From Chrysomallon squamiferum (Eukaryota; Animalia; Mollusca): a DNA stretch of 64,000 nt. Below are positions 38,876-52,978 of this stretch, one piece after another. The translations under genes and the position numbers were made by a program. Position 1 is the stretch's first letter; every line of letters begins with the position of its first letter. The stretch covers positions 38,068,001-38,132,000 of the forward strand of contig CM022665.1 in assembly GCA_012295275.1 (NCBI GenBank), given 5' to 3'. Below the pieces are notes generated by a model, which saw nothing but the letters and a program-made list of their open reading frames with translations, was not told where the DNA came from and did not search any database.

Positions 38876-40063
38876 GTAAGCCAAACACACAGTGATATTT
38901 TAATCACAAACTCCATAAGAACAGTGAAATCAGCAGAACCATGCAAACCTCCATCATTGTTAACCTTCAAAGCATGACTTATTATTTTTCATTTATTTTT
39001 TTTTATTGTAAATATTGTGCTCATTAATAAAGCAGTTTGAAAGTGACTGTGTTAGTTGTTTTTAGTGTCAGCCATTTTAGTTAATTAGAGTTTCTTTAAC
39101 CATTGCATTTATTTATGTGGGTTTTTTACGCTTTGAACTTTTTAAGTAATCTTTTTAATATATATATATATATATTTTTTTAAATAAATGTTATATTTGG
39201 ATTATTATGATGATAAAAAAAAGAGTTAAATTCAGTGTCAGAAGAGTTTCATAACATTTATAAGAATTTTTAATAATTATTTTATTATTTATATTATACA
39301 ATAAGTATCAAAAAAGTAAAAATAAGCTTCTTTAAAACAATCCATAAGACAGCATTTATGGGAATCTTTATCACTTATTTTGTTGTGTTGACACAATCTT
39401 TGGTAATTGCTTTATGTGTGCAAGAAACAGGATAAATATGGAATATAAATATGGAATAATATTTAAACAGATAGGAACTGTTAACTAAAATAAGTACACA
39501 GTCAGTTAATACTATTAAAAGCAGTCGTGTGGCAATACTGAATATTAAATAATCTTTTGTCATAAAAGCAAGTTTTGTTTTAAAAAAAAAATATTTTTAA
39601 ATATCTCTTAAAGAAAAACAATTGTTTATCATGTAACTAATCTTATAACAAGTATTTCTGTTTTTAAGAAAAATATTTCATACTTGCAAGCATTTTGGAA
39701 AAAAAAAAATTTATTAAAAAAAACACACAACAAAAAATACAGTTTTGAGCAGTTTTCATTCTGTCACAACATATTCCTGTCACTAAATCAGGTTAAGAGC
39801 TGCATAAAAAGTTGTCATTATTATTTCAAAAACATAGATAGGTGTCTTCAGTTACTGATTTTTTTTTCTTATAGATTACAAATAATGAAAAAATAAAAAG
39901 TGTGCTGTCTGTTTAACATGTCTTTATACATTTTTTCTGAATATTTTGAATTTTCATCTAAGGCAAAAATGAAAAATAAAGTTGTGTTTTTGTTTGGCTT
40001 TTTCTTTTTTTTTTTTTTGTTATATGAATTATCAAGGATGTTCTAATTAACCAGAATAAACTA

Positions 40064-40101
<38 letters not shown>

Positions 40102-40348
40102 AAACAAAAAAATGTTCTAGAATATGACTGAATATTAAATGTTATCTTGTGGATTGTTTAACCTTTTACTAAAAGATTTTTAGAAATATTTTCTTTTGTT
40201 GACAAATACTACTGCTTTAGCTGTAACAGTTAAGTAAAGTCTGTTATTATTTTATAATTTAAATATTGACATAATGTATTAATTTGATTATTTATATTTT
40301 CATCACCACCTGGATAATAATAATTTTATGATCTATTTAACATTACAG

Positions 40349-40524
40349 CAAACAACACCAAAACTGGGTGTGACTGATGACATCATTTTCTCAGGAGCTG
40401 GACCTGGATGTCATAGTGATGATGAAGATGATTGCTCTCCCATTGGTTCAGGAAATGAAGATGACATCATTACACCAACAGTAGTGATAAAAACAACACC
40501 AACACCACCTACCACAGCTTCTAA
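40349..40524 (+). CDS. NRXN: neurexin stalk and Cys-loop exon
   Basis: ttacag|QTTPKLGVTDDIIFSGAGPGCHSDDEDDCSPIGSG...TTAS|gtaata; matches [21 protein letters not shown]; phase 0-2. Confidence 0.92.
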
Positions 40525-41045
40525 GTAATAATAATATTATTTTGCTCCTGTTCCTTGAATATGTACTTGGGCAAGATGTGTTTAATTGTTTTTTATTATT
40601 TAAAAAACAAAAAAAAAAAAAAAAAAAAAAAAATGAAAAACTGACAGGTTTATAAAATTTAGTTCATTCCTTTACCTTGTATTTTGTCCAACCACATTTG
40701 TGTTGTCACAGTTTGCACTGTAATTCAGTTCATTTCACCATATGTGATTCCTCTACCATCCTGATCATCTTAAAAGCTTTTAGAATTAAGCCTTTTCTTT
40801 GTGATTCATTAATTATTAATAATTTTATTATCATAATTATTTTTGCTACTAATACATCTACTGATATTTTCAACTGTTGCTACGACTGTTATCATTATTT
40901 CATTGTTGTTGCTATATGTATTTATTATTATTATTATTTTTATTTTTTTATTTTTTTTTTTTTTTTTATTATTTTTATATATTTTTTATTATGTAGTCAT
41001 ATATTTCTGTTGGTAATTTTTTTTTTTTTTCTGTTATTTGTCCAG

Positions 41046-41469
41046 GACTCAGACATACAAAAAATGTATTGGCTCAAACTGCCCAATCAATGGAGAAGAA
41101 TACTTTGTCTCAACATCAGACAAAGGTCTGTCTGAAGGATCCCGCGACTACAACACTGGACATGGGGGATCAAAACCAACACCTGAAACTGGCAAGGAAT
41201 CAAAAGGAAAAGGTAACAACACCATCAACATCGGCATCATCATTGGCATTGCTGCTGGAGTGCTGGTGGCCATATTGATCCTTGTGTTCGCTCTGTACAA
41301 GTTCAGAAGTCGTGATGAAGGAACTTACAAAGTGGACGAGAGTCAGAACTTTTCTTATCTAGAATCAAAGAAGCCGCAGGGTAATGGGGCATTGCTGACT
41401 ACTGCAGACAGTGGAGCTAATGCTAAAAGGGTGGGCAAGAAGAAAGATGTGAAGGAATGGTATGTCTGA
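41046..41469 (+). CDS. NRXN: neurexin last coding exon: juxtamembrane, TM, 4.1-binding motif, PDZ ligand
   Basis: gtccag acceptor; TM IGIIIGIAAGVLVAILILVFALY; KFRSRDEGTYKVDES; C-terminus KKKDVKEWYV* (invertebrate neurexin-1 type). Confidence 0.97.
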
Positions 41470-41722
41470 ATTCACTGATATGTTGGCAGGATTATTCTGA
41501 ATTCACTGAGATGTCAGTGAGCTTATTACTAAATCTAAATTCACTGAGATGTCAGCGGGATTATTATTAAATCTGAATTCAGTGAAACTTCAGTAAGATT
41601 ATTATTAAATCTGAATTCACTGAAATTTCAGTAAGATTATTATTAAATCTGAATTCACTGAAATATTAGTAAGATTATTATTAAATCTGAATTCAGTGAA
41701 GTGTCAGTAAGATTATTACTCT
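41465..41722. repeat. 38-bp tandem repeat starting at the neurexin stop codon
   Basis: Unit TCTGAATTCACTGAAATTTCAGTAAGATTATTATTAAA; about 7 copies. Confidence 0.92.
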
Positions 41723-44700
41723 ATGAGGATGAAGTGTAAGATGTATAGTTTATCTCCTTCTGTTCTTGAGCCTGTCCATGATGTTGCCAGAAATTAGAAA
41801 ATATACATAAATATATACTGTAGATGATAGAAGGAGATTGATGTTTTAAATGGATATTAGATTCCATGCAGTTTAATGCTGTGTTTGATGGTGGCTTGGA
41901 AAAACATATTTGTTTTGGTTGAAATAAAAAAGAAGATGATTACATTTGTTTGAAAACCATTCAGATGAAGAAGAGACAGCTTATTACTGAATAACCGATA
42001 TTAACAGCTTAAAGCATTAACTTTATACCATTTCATTTATATTTTGTCTTCTAAAAATACCTTGTGATTTTTTTTTTAAACCTAAGATATTAACATTTGT
42101 TATGAAATCAGTATGATGAATGTAGCAAGTTTTATTATTTACAAGTATATGAGAAATATTTAACAGGTGTCAGCTGAAAGCATTTGAGCGTATGAGTTGC
42201 TGAAGTAAAATGTAACAGTGAGATGAAACAAAACACTAAGAGTGTCTCAAATGAAAAAGAATTTGACTGTGTTGTTTTTATTCCAGGTTGTAATATTAAG
42301 TGCAGTATAAGATGTGTAGCTTGGCTATGGACTGTACTGAAATAAGGGACCATGAGAATGTTAATGATTATTTTTTGTCTGTGTCTGTCAAAAAATTGTT
42401 CCAGTTATAAAAATGTTCCGGTTAGAAAGACATTCCAGTTTATAGATGACTACTGATTGTGTTCCATCATTGTCAGTAGTTGTGCTGTTCTCTAGCAAGC
42501 CAAATCAGTTTTCAAAACAGAGCCTGTGTACATCCTAGAAGTTTTTAATTTGCAGAATTTTATTTGCAAGTGTTTTTCTTTAATGGTGCTCTTGCTTTCT
42601 ACATTCATTAAGCAATGATGTGTTATGAGATCATCATTTTAAACCATGGGAATTTTCACCTGTAAAATTGTTCTCAGGAAAATCTTACTAAAACTTGCAC
42701 TTCCAGGTATTTTAAATCTGATAACAAACACCCTCAACTGTTATGTTTTACCAAGGAACAAAAGCTTTTTAAACTCATAGCTCCTTTTTTAGATTATGCC
42801 ATCTTCATCTTGCCTTCATTAAATCAGCAAACAGAAAATAATATTTGCTTACCTCTGATCACAGGGTTGCGGTATAATAATACTAACATTACTTCATAGA
42901 CAGGTAGATATATATATATACATTCCATATAGGTAAATTTAATGATTGACTTTAAGTAACGGTTCATCTCCATAGCTCTACATTCCACACATTTAGGGTC
43001 ATTTGTAGTTAAGTTCAAATAATGTTTGAGTTTAGCATACATAATATTTCTACAACTAAGTGTGGCATAAAAACCAGCATTTTAATTTGTCATTCATTCA
43101 TGAAGATGATGACTGATATACATTGATAATTCTCAACTTGGGAGGTAGTAGCACCTTTTGACACTATGAGGATGCAAAGGCAGTGATAAAAGCTATATAT
43201 TTATAATGTATATAAAATTATAACTACACTATATAATACATCTTACTTCTGTCATAGAATAAAATTTATACTAGGGGCTCCAGTCTTAAAAGTCATATGA
43301 AAAAGGGGTGTTGAAAAAAATATAATGGCTAAGGAACAATAGCCTAGATATTTGTTTACTGATGTAAAAGTAACAAATATAACAACTGAAGTTATCATAA
43401 CAACACCTTTTTAAACTGTTTATTGTAAATTCACAATAATAATTTAGTATTTTTCCTTTTGAACTAATGTTTAGCTTATTGACATTTCAAACAGAATAGA
43501 ATTACTTATATAAATGCATGTGAATTTATCCATAAACTGGAAGGAAAAACATAGAAACAATTTCTGTTACATCTACAAGCTGTACAGAGAGGTTGTATTG
43601 GTAACAAATACTGAATAGTCAGGAAATTTAAAATGATTAATCATATAGTGCTATATGGACAGATTTATTATATCTGTGTACTTATTTCTCCTTTTGTGAG
43701 GGGCAAGACAATTGTGAGAAAAACCTAAATCAAATATTTCCTATGACCGGTAATTAAACTATCAAATTTCAGGCTGGCAGTTACACAATGATCTGGATTT
43801 GTAAAAGAAAAACAAAATGCAAATTTATTTAAAATGTTCAAGAAGAACAAGTTATGCTTAAAAAAATACAAAAAATAAAAATAACAACTATTACTATTGT
43901 TACCTCTTTATTACTTTTGTATGGAATTATGTCTCTTTTTCAATTTACTGAAGAATAATTCTGGACATTTAACGTGTGTGTGTATATGTATATGTAGTGA
44001 TATATAGACATATACAAGTAACCAGTCAATTCTGACATTAATTTGTCTGGCAAAGGTGACTGAGAGACTGAACTTTTCACTAGAACTGTTTTGGTTTTAC
44101 AATGACAGCATAATTGAAAGTATCTACAATAACAACTTCTTGAGCACCATTTTAGTTAGTCCTCTCCACCAAGTTATTACTGAATCTTGTCTTTTGTTCG
44201 ATGTCTGGCTATCAGAATTATAACTGAGTCTTGTTTATTGTATGCTGTCTGGGTATCATCCCTTTCTGCGATTGGTAAAAATTTTGCCATTAGATGGCAA
44301 TCCAACGGGGTACTTCAGTAGTGAAGAGTTTAATATTTTTTACAAACATCAAAACAGTATCAGTTGCAGATATGTTCTGAGTTTCAAACATTGTTGATTT
44401 GCTTCATGTCCACATGCTTCAGGTTAGATGTCACATAGATAAAAATAAAATTAAAAATCACATGCATACTGCGCAACAAACAGCATACATCAGTCTAAAC
44501 AATGCAGTATTGTAGGTCACATTATTTAACAAGTTTTAATTTTGGTCTGGTTTCACCTGAGAAAGTTTCTCATTTCCAATCAACATTCTAGCAGATTTAC
44601 TGATGTTATTTTTATAAGGTCGTTTTGATATTGAATGTTTTGTCTATAACGTGTTTTGTAGTACTCAATGTTAGTTTCATTCATTGCTGGATGTTTTAAG

Positions 44701-46385
44701 ATGACAGCAGAATGTTGTTTACCTGCATGCTACACATGTTAATTTTTATTTGTTAGTGTGAGAGTCTATTATGTTGAGGTGCTTTATATAACTGTAAATA
44801 CTGGTGGTATACATTGTTGTGTTTTCTTTAATACATTAGGATGTGTTTTTAATGAAAGAAAGCATTGTTAAATGTTTCTTACCTCACTGTAATTTTTAAA
44901 AATATTTTATGTTCCTTCATTCTAAAACAATGTTTTAGAATAATAAGAAATTCAGAAAATATATTCATGTGAAAAAGATGAATATAAGAAAAATCTCTTA
45001 CAGGAAATAAAATGCTTATCACTGTAATATTCATCTTTAAATTCTTTCAAAAATCAAATATTATATTTATGTAAAACAACTTTTTTTTACAAAGTAATAC
45101 TAAATAAACCATTGTTATATTAAACTTTTTCAAGATAGCTTTCAATACAGATATAAATGTATTAAACTAAAAGACATTAAAAAACATTTTAACAGTTTTT
45201 GTTTTATATTTTTCACATATTTTATATAGGGTTAGGGTTACCATATTTTTATTTCCAAACTGAATTTATTTTGTATTTGTTTTTTTTTGTTTTAAATTCT
45301 CTTAAAAACATTTTCAACCAAAAGTCATGTTTCATCAAAAAAATATGTGTTATTATAAGTTATATTGTTAATATTTAATAATAGAACTTAGAGGAACTGA
45401 AATCAAACATCTGAAGTATCAAAAAATGTTTATTTTTATTAGATACAACTCAAGTGTCAAAACTGTTAAAAGTACTAATGTTTATAAACAATTATTGTAT
45501 ATAATTATATCAGTAAATTTTTAAATGTTGTAAATTTGCATTAAGTATTATGTGCATTTAGAATGCATACTTCACATTTGTTTTATTAATTATACAGGTG
45601 CAGATATATATTATTCTAAACATTGCAGTTGTTGTTTATATAGTTACTAATCTTCATTTATTCATTCAAATAAGAATCCAGATTTTGAATTGAATCAAAT
45701 TCTAATCTAATGTTTTTGGAAGATAAAAAAAAAAAAAAAAAACATAATTATTCAATCAGTGGTTAAACAGATATATAAAGTTACAACACACAGGAGCAAA
45801 ACATTTCAAGTTTGATTTGCAGTTTATTTACAGAAATAATTTGTTTTCTTTTATCATCATCATCATCATTGACATTGCTACCACTACTACTACAACTACT
45901 ACTACCACTGCTACTGCTACTACTATCATTACCCCAACTATTACTACTACTGCTACTACTACTACTTTTACTATTATTATTATTATTTTGTATTAATATT
46001 ATTATTATTATTATTAAGTATGTCATTTAAAGCTATAGACACTGTGTATACAGTAACACATACTACAGACAAGCATTTTTCCATTGACATTCTTCAGCAG
46101 TTATATGTCTTGTGCATGTACTGAATTGCGGTTGATTCTGTAGAGTCTAATATATAGTATGTGTAATTTAGTCATTTTATGTTGATAAGATTTTCTATTT
46201 GTTTTGTGCATGTGGCAGTACACATTCAGTGTGCCTGTTTTACGTATGTAAGGTTCATATATTCGTTATACAGTGGGTTAATTTCTAGCTACAACTTAAA
46301 GTACGAGAGAGTCATAATTATGTTTATTGTACATTGATATCATTTTAAATTTGCAAGAATAAATGGATTCAAATATTATTCGGAT
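41470..46385 (+). other. NRXN: probable long neurexin 3'UTR
   Basis: No coding exons after the stop; AATAAA at 46358-46363 with upstream TGTA, close to the end of the CpG-depleted domain; the end position is inferred. Confidence 0.45.
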
Positions 46386-46699
46386 TGGTTATTTTTCATT
46401 ACGATTTTATCACATTTCATTAAAATACGTACGTGTTTAACACAGTATTTGAGAAATAGCTTAGTTTTAATGAAAGTATTAAATTATCATCGCAATAAAA
46501 TAAAAGTGGAGCAAGTGCGATTCCGTATTTTTCACTTGTTAATGTAACAATATAATTTTAATTCTTTGTTTTAGCTTTTCACAAAATAATTCTTACAACG
46601 GTATACATAAAGGAAAGTTAATTTTTCCCTTTTATACGTGTGTTCTTATGAGAAAAGAAAAATCATGAAGATGAAACTCATGTTCGTACAGTAACACTC

Positions 46700-47600
46700 G
46701 TATGCTATGTTTGACGTCATTACAATTGACAGTCGACCTAGAAACAACAGATAAATGGGAAATGAAGGGCCTTCCTGCTAATGTTGGAAGTATTCCGGAA
46801 GGAAGTTTTATTTTTTAATAAGTATCAGTAGACGTAACAACAAGGTTCTCTTTTTGTTTCATGTTTTCGTTATAAAATGAGTTAATCTGCTCGCTACCAC
46901 TTAGTACGAGATAGTCATATGTTTATTTACACTGAGAGCATTTGAAATTTGCAAGCAAAAATGAATTCAAATATTACTTGAATTGTTTATATCGCATTGT
47001 ATTAAAATAATTTATGAATAATTGCTAAATAATAATCATTTTAATGAAAATGTTAATTTGTAATAGCTTTCATATCTACGCTGGAAAAAAGAAAAGGCAA
47101 CAGCTGATGATCTGAACTTAATAAAAAATATTGTTTTAAAAAACCCACAAAAGAACACATTATTAAATACGAGTATTTGGCAATTTGATATACCCATCAT
47201 AAAATTTCTTTTCATACATTTATATTATTAGAAGGTCAATTAATTATGTTTCCATGATTATATTTATCATTAACTGTACACATAAAATAATCAAAATCGG
47301 ATGAGATCTTTAAAGATAAATGATCCTAATGATTTATGACCTCATCACAATAAGTTAATTCTGTCTATTTCCAAAATATTAATATTATTTTTTTCCTGGT
47401 CTGATTTTAATTTTCACATAATAAAAAACACCAACAGTGTATATAAATTGAAAGAATTTACCTTTTATATATATATTTTTAAGACAAAAGCAAAAACCCA
47501 GAAGACGGAACTCGTTACGCTTCCTGTAATAACAGTGATGTTGCTATGACGTCAATTTAATTGATATTCAATCAGGAAGAGGTGTTTTTAGCAACGGATC
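46700..47600. promoter_or_regulatory. candidate promoter/enhancer motifs (CRE, RFX X-box-like, ETS)
   Basis: TGACGTCA near 46713 and 47548; GTTGCTATG and TTTAGCAAC half X-boxes; CCGGAAG near 46795; at the start of the CpG-retaining domain. Confidence 0.35.
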
Positions 47601-47750
47601 TCTGAATCAATATTGTTTGTATGTTGCGTGTGTACATGTGTATATATGTGACGCTGATCTAAGTTGTAGAATCAAGGGTCTGAAGAAGAGGTGTTACTAA
47701 TGGAAAAAAAAATCACATTTTTTTTTTTTTTTTTTTTTTTTTATTATTCA

Positions 47751-47798
<48 letters not shown>

Positions 47799-48227
47799 TA
47801 CGTCTAAATATATTAATGAATAAAAATACAAATCGAGAAAAGAATGATTTTTCTTTGTCATTAGTGACATCTCTTTTTCAGACACTTGATTCTGCAACTT
47901 AGATCAGCGACTGACACTGATATCTTCACATACACTCTGATAGAAACAACAAGAAAAAATAATAATTATTATTTTATTAAACATAGGTTATCTGATCAAG
48001 AGCGTGTTAATGACAACGGTTTATTACGATCTAATATATTACAAAATACTGACCTTTATAAAACTAATATACTGTAGAGCCTGTAGGAACTGCACACAAA
48101 TGACAGAATTCTGTCCTACATTTTTTATTATTTATTTATTTATTTTGTTTTATGCCATGTGCACAAGATATGTCTAGTTAAGTGTCTGGATATGTATATA
48201 TTCAGATACATACAAACAAACAAACAT

Positions 48228-48325
<98 letters not shown>

Positions 48326-48655
48326 AATATACGAAATTAAACTACCACCTCTGCCGGTGTTATTTCCTTGATAGCGTGAGAAAATATCTATTACACACCT
48401 TTGTACTTGTTGTTCGTTATTCCTTTTCTTCGATTTATGGCCTACCTAAACTAATTTTTTTTCCCAATTGATTTTTGCATTACCTGACAAATTGCTTCTC
48501 AGTAATCACCAAGGATCAGACACTTGACAATAAAGAAAAGACCCTTCGACAGTTAATATCCCTTCAGTGTGATCGGATCAGAGCGGTTCCATAATGTACA
48601 CCCATACAGGGAATAGTTTATTTTATGCCCCGCCCTTGTTAAAATGTCTTTTTAA

Positions 48656-48687
<32 letters not shown>

Positions 48688-50643
48688 GCAGTAATAATAG
48701 TAATAATAATGATAATAATAATAGCAGTAATAATAGTAATAATAATGATAATAATAATAGCAGTAATAATAATAATAATTACAGCAATAATAATAATAAT
48801 AATATCAAAGAAAATGAAATTATATGAACAGCAAATGTTTCAAAATAAAATTTATATTGCTTTAATATTAGGAGAATAATATACAATTTTTAACGTAAAA
48901 CTAAACATTTCTTCTTCTTCTTCTTCTCTTTTCTCAGTGTGTCTATCTCGTTATGCGAAAATGCATGTTTTTTTTCTTTTTTTTCGGTATATATAAAGCC
49001 ACTAAGTATCTTACATTTCTCTTTACATAAAAACTGGCATTCTCTGAATAAGTAAATAGCTTCATTAGTATATACATTTCCAATCAGTGTTAACTCTTTT
49101 CTGGTGCTAATATTAACTGATAATTTCAATGCACAGCCACGAGATCGATAAAAGATTAGCGATGTTCGATATGGCGTACCACGGCTGGCCTGGAAACTGC
49201 AGTTCGTTGTATTAAAGGGCAACCATTGTATTCGAAATGCTTGTTCCATAGTTGCCTACATAACATGATTTCAAGCTTAAAGAACGATTGCGACCGGGCA
49301 GTAATAAAGCGATAGATTTGAATGTTTTTATTGGGAGCAATAACTTTGGCTTTTATTAACACATTATTTACGGTTATGTCGTACATTTCCATAATTAACA
49401 CGTATTATGATAGATCTGAGAAAAATTTACCCTTCACATGAAATGCTTGAATTAGTAATATCGCCAAGGGATCGTTTTTTAGGAATTGTTTTTATTTTTG
49501 TTTTTGTTTTTATTTTTATTTTCATTTTATTTTATTGTATTTTATTTTATTTTTTTATCGAACGAGAAATAAAGTTTCATTACCAGTATCCTAACTTTCC
49601 CCACAATGCTCTACATTCGAACTGTTATACTGTTAAAAATAATTTTAAATTTAAAACATCTAAAACATAAAAATACACCTTTGCGAGTGTGAAAATGGAT
49701 ATACATGGGAAATACATATAATTTGATATAGATAGCTATTTCATTGATAAAATGCATTCATCGGAGATTGTAGATGTAATTTTAAATATTTAAAAAAATA
49801 TATTATTTTATACATGTAATTAACTGAAACAGTAACTTCCAATGTGTGTGTGTGTGTTTGTGCGTTTAAATATATATGTAAAATTAGTATCGCAAATAGG
49901 AATATTTTACAATATACGGTAACAGAACTAAGAGGGTTTTTTTTTTTTTTTTTTTTTGTGTAATCAGTGATCGATTTGCCTAAATAAATATGGATTAAAA
50001 TCGATCTTACATGTAACATACACCGTTAATTTGTTACCTTTCCTTTAGCTCTTCTAACATTTATGATAATAATAAAATAAACATTTAAATTAATGGTCTT
50101 TTAAAATTAAATATTTTTCGTACATCAGGATGATGTTGCAAAATCTAAGGCAAGCTATCAGAAAAAAAAAAAAAAAAAAAAAAAAAAATTAAAAATTAAA
50201 ATCTAGGGTAATGTCACACAAACCCTTCAGAGAGATAAAAACGAAAAGAAAATTTAGAATATAGAGTATAACAAACGCGTCTTCTTTTTGCCAGGACCAG
50301 CACAAAACCTGCAGAGCAGGATACGGAATCATAATGCGCGAGTGTCATAATACGCAAGATATCTGTCAGAACGCAGACAGCGAACAAAAAACCGATATCG
50401 ATTCAACGTATCCGTTTCATCCTGCTTTCAATAAAGTGTAAAAACGAAAGTCTTAATACAGCCAGTGTATGACATACCGTAACACAGGAGGAGTTGGTGT
50501 ACAGACATTTATTTATGCAGAAGCGTGCACTGAAGGAATGCATTCTTAAACGGGAAATCGTTTTCATCTTTTAATTCTGTTATTATTATTGTAATTTAAA
50601 CCACAATAATAACTGTTTAGCTAAACTCAAGGATACTGAAATA

Positions 50644-50668
50644 ATGTTTGTGATAGTGCGGTATGGAG
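50644..50668 (+). CDS. CXorf65/C22orf15-like protein, exon 1
   Basis: ATG MFVIVRYG G|gtaagt; resembles CXorf65 MFIFIKHGD and C22orf15 MFIKVMFG. Confidence 0.82.
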
Positions 50669-50955
50669 GTAAGTATTAACTTTACGGTTAATTTTATTGT
50701 GGTATGCAGCAAATAAGGACAAATTGACTTACAATATATCACCACAGTCAGTGTGTTTTAAGTTTGTCTTAGCCATTTTTGGCATCTTCGGTTTTGGGGA
50801 TGTATTCGTCTGATAGAAAATAATGTTACAAATACGAATCTTAGGTTTACGAATGTTATACTGATCTTTATAGGAATATTTTTTAATGTTTAAAACATTT
50901 CTTTTTCTTTCTTTTTTAAAATTATTATTAAGTGAATTAAATGAGTATGATGATG

Positions 50956-50986
<31 letters not shown>

Positions 50987-51258
50987 TGACGACGACGACA
51001 GCAACAACAACTACAACAATAATAATAAAAAATAATAACCACATTGCCATCATCAACAAGTGCAGCAGCAGCAACAACAACAACAATAACAAAAACAAAA
51101 TACGAGAGAATGGATTTAAGCATATTACAATTTAGTACCTGTACATATTGCAGTATCTGTTAATAACACATACTGATTTCGCTTTCTAAACACTGTTTAA
51201 ATATTTGTTTAATACTGACGGTGTTCACGTGTGTGTGTACGTGTGTTTGTTGTTTCAG

Positions 51259-51345
51259 ATTGCCGCAGTCAAGTTATCAATTGCAACTGCCGGAACAAAG
51301 TGCTTCTGAATTACATTAAAAAAAAATGCAAATGTGCAGAAAATG
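51259..51345 (+). CDS. CXorf65/C22orf15-like, exon 2
   Basis: tttcag|DCRSQVINCNCRNKVLLNYIKKKCKCAEN|gtaaaa; N.NC...LL.YI motif of the family; phase 1-1. Confidence 0.85.
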
Positions 51346-51399
51346 GTAAAATATTTTAGGTTTTCAGTATTTGTTTATATTGCTGTGTTTCTACTTAAA

Positions 51400-51696
51400 A
51401 GTAGCAGTACTAGTAGTTATAGTAGTAGTAATAGTAGTAGTAGGAGTAGTAGTAGTAGTAGTAGTAGTAGTAATAGTAGTGGTAGTAGTAGTTGTTGTTG
51501 TAGTACTAGAAGTGGTAGAAAAGGTAATAATAATATCAAAAATTAGAATTTAAAAAAAGAAAGAAAAATGAAGAATAAAGACAAAAATAAAAAACTGAAT
51601 GAACTTTAATAGATTCTGAATGTGTTTTGATGTTAATAGTTATTAACTAGGATAATAGTAGTAACAGTAGTAGTAGTAGTAGTAGTAGTAGTAGTT

Positions 51697-51735
<39 letters not shown>

Positions 51736-52150
51736 ATGTTAGAGTTAATGATGGTGGTAGTAGCAACAGTAGTAGTGGTAATAATCGTAGAAGTGGCAGT
51801 GGTTATGGTGGTTGTATTAGTAGTTGGTGTAGTTGTGATAGTAGTGTAGTTGGTGTAGTAGTAACAATAATAGCAATACTAGCAGTAGCAGTAGGAATGT
51901 AATAGCACTAGTAGTAACTGTAGTAGAAACAGTAGCAGTAATAGTAGTAGTAACAGTGTAGCAGTAGTTGTAGTACAGTGACAGTGGTAATAGTAATGTA
52001 GTTTGTATAGTAGTAGTAGTAATGTAGTTGGGTTGTAGTAGAAGTAGCATAAGAAGAAACTTTAGCTGTACAGTATAGTAGAATAGGTAAAAGTAAAAGT
52101 GATAGTTATAGTGGCAGTAACAGAAGTGGTTGTAGTCGACACAGCAGTGA
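51400..52150. repeat. (AGT)n-type microsatellite/low-complexity tract
   Basis: Long agtagtagt arrays; similar tracts at 45850-46015, 48660-48800, 54740-55155 and 63365-63580; (TA)n at 47755-47796 and 48251-48313. Confidence 0.95.
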
Positions 52151-52256
52151 AATAGTTCTACTTCTATTCGTTCATCTGATTTCTTAAACTGCGGCTAAAA
52201 GTGTATTAAGAAATGATATTTTTTTTCAGTTTTTAGAATTGTTCTTTTCATTTCAG

Positions 52257-52373
52257 ATGTGATAGATTTATCTGACGAGAATGGCGTTGTGAAAAATTTA
52301 AGAGATCATCCAAATGATTATGGTACAAACTACTTCAAAAAGAGAGAGTCGGTTATTTTACTCAAAGTGCAAA
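52257..52373 (+). CDS. CXorf65/C22orf15-like, exon 3
   Basis: tttcag|DVIDLSDENGVVKNLRDHPNDYGTNYFKKRESVILLKVQ|gtaaga; IDL..E.G motif; phase 1-1. Confidence 0.87.
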
Positions 52374-52456
52374 GTAAGATTATTATTATTATCGTTTTTT
52401 TTTTTTTTTTTTTTTTTAATATAAATAAATTAAGAAAAAGTACTGGAGTTCACGAG

Positions 52457-52504
<48 letters not shown>

Positions 52505-52978
52505 TGTACACACATTTTGTTATATAGTATTTCAGTGGTAAGTACAAATGGCGGAAGTACAAATTTCAAGTTATTTGTATATATGTTATTCGCAACTACA
52601 CTTTGTTAGTAATAAAGCAGAATAACACAATTACAAGACGTGAGAATTCGTTCAGACTAGTAGTTTGTGCCCATTTTGTGACATTATTTGACAAAAAACA
52701 CACACACACACACACACACACATACACATATATTTTTACACACCTGTGTACGAACCAGTAATAATGTTGTACAATACAAAATCTTATTTTTTGTTTGTTT
52801 ATTAATATTCACTCGCTTGGTTTATTGTTTCCTTCCTTCTTATTTTATGTTCCTCGTTTTACCATCTACCATTCATTTAATATTAAAAAAAAAAAAAATT
52901 TACAAATTCGTCAAACATTTATCCTGTGTATATTTTAACATAACGTCTTGACAGAAGGAAAGCTATATAATTAATTAA

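Noticed and set aside
32891-40528. Immediate stops on read-through of donors 32892 (ATG TAG) and 40524 (AAG TAA) as secreted isoforms
   Set aside because: Expected for phase-2 GTAR introns; no independent evidence
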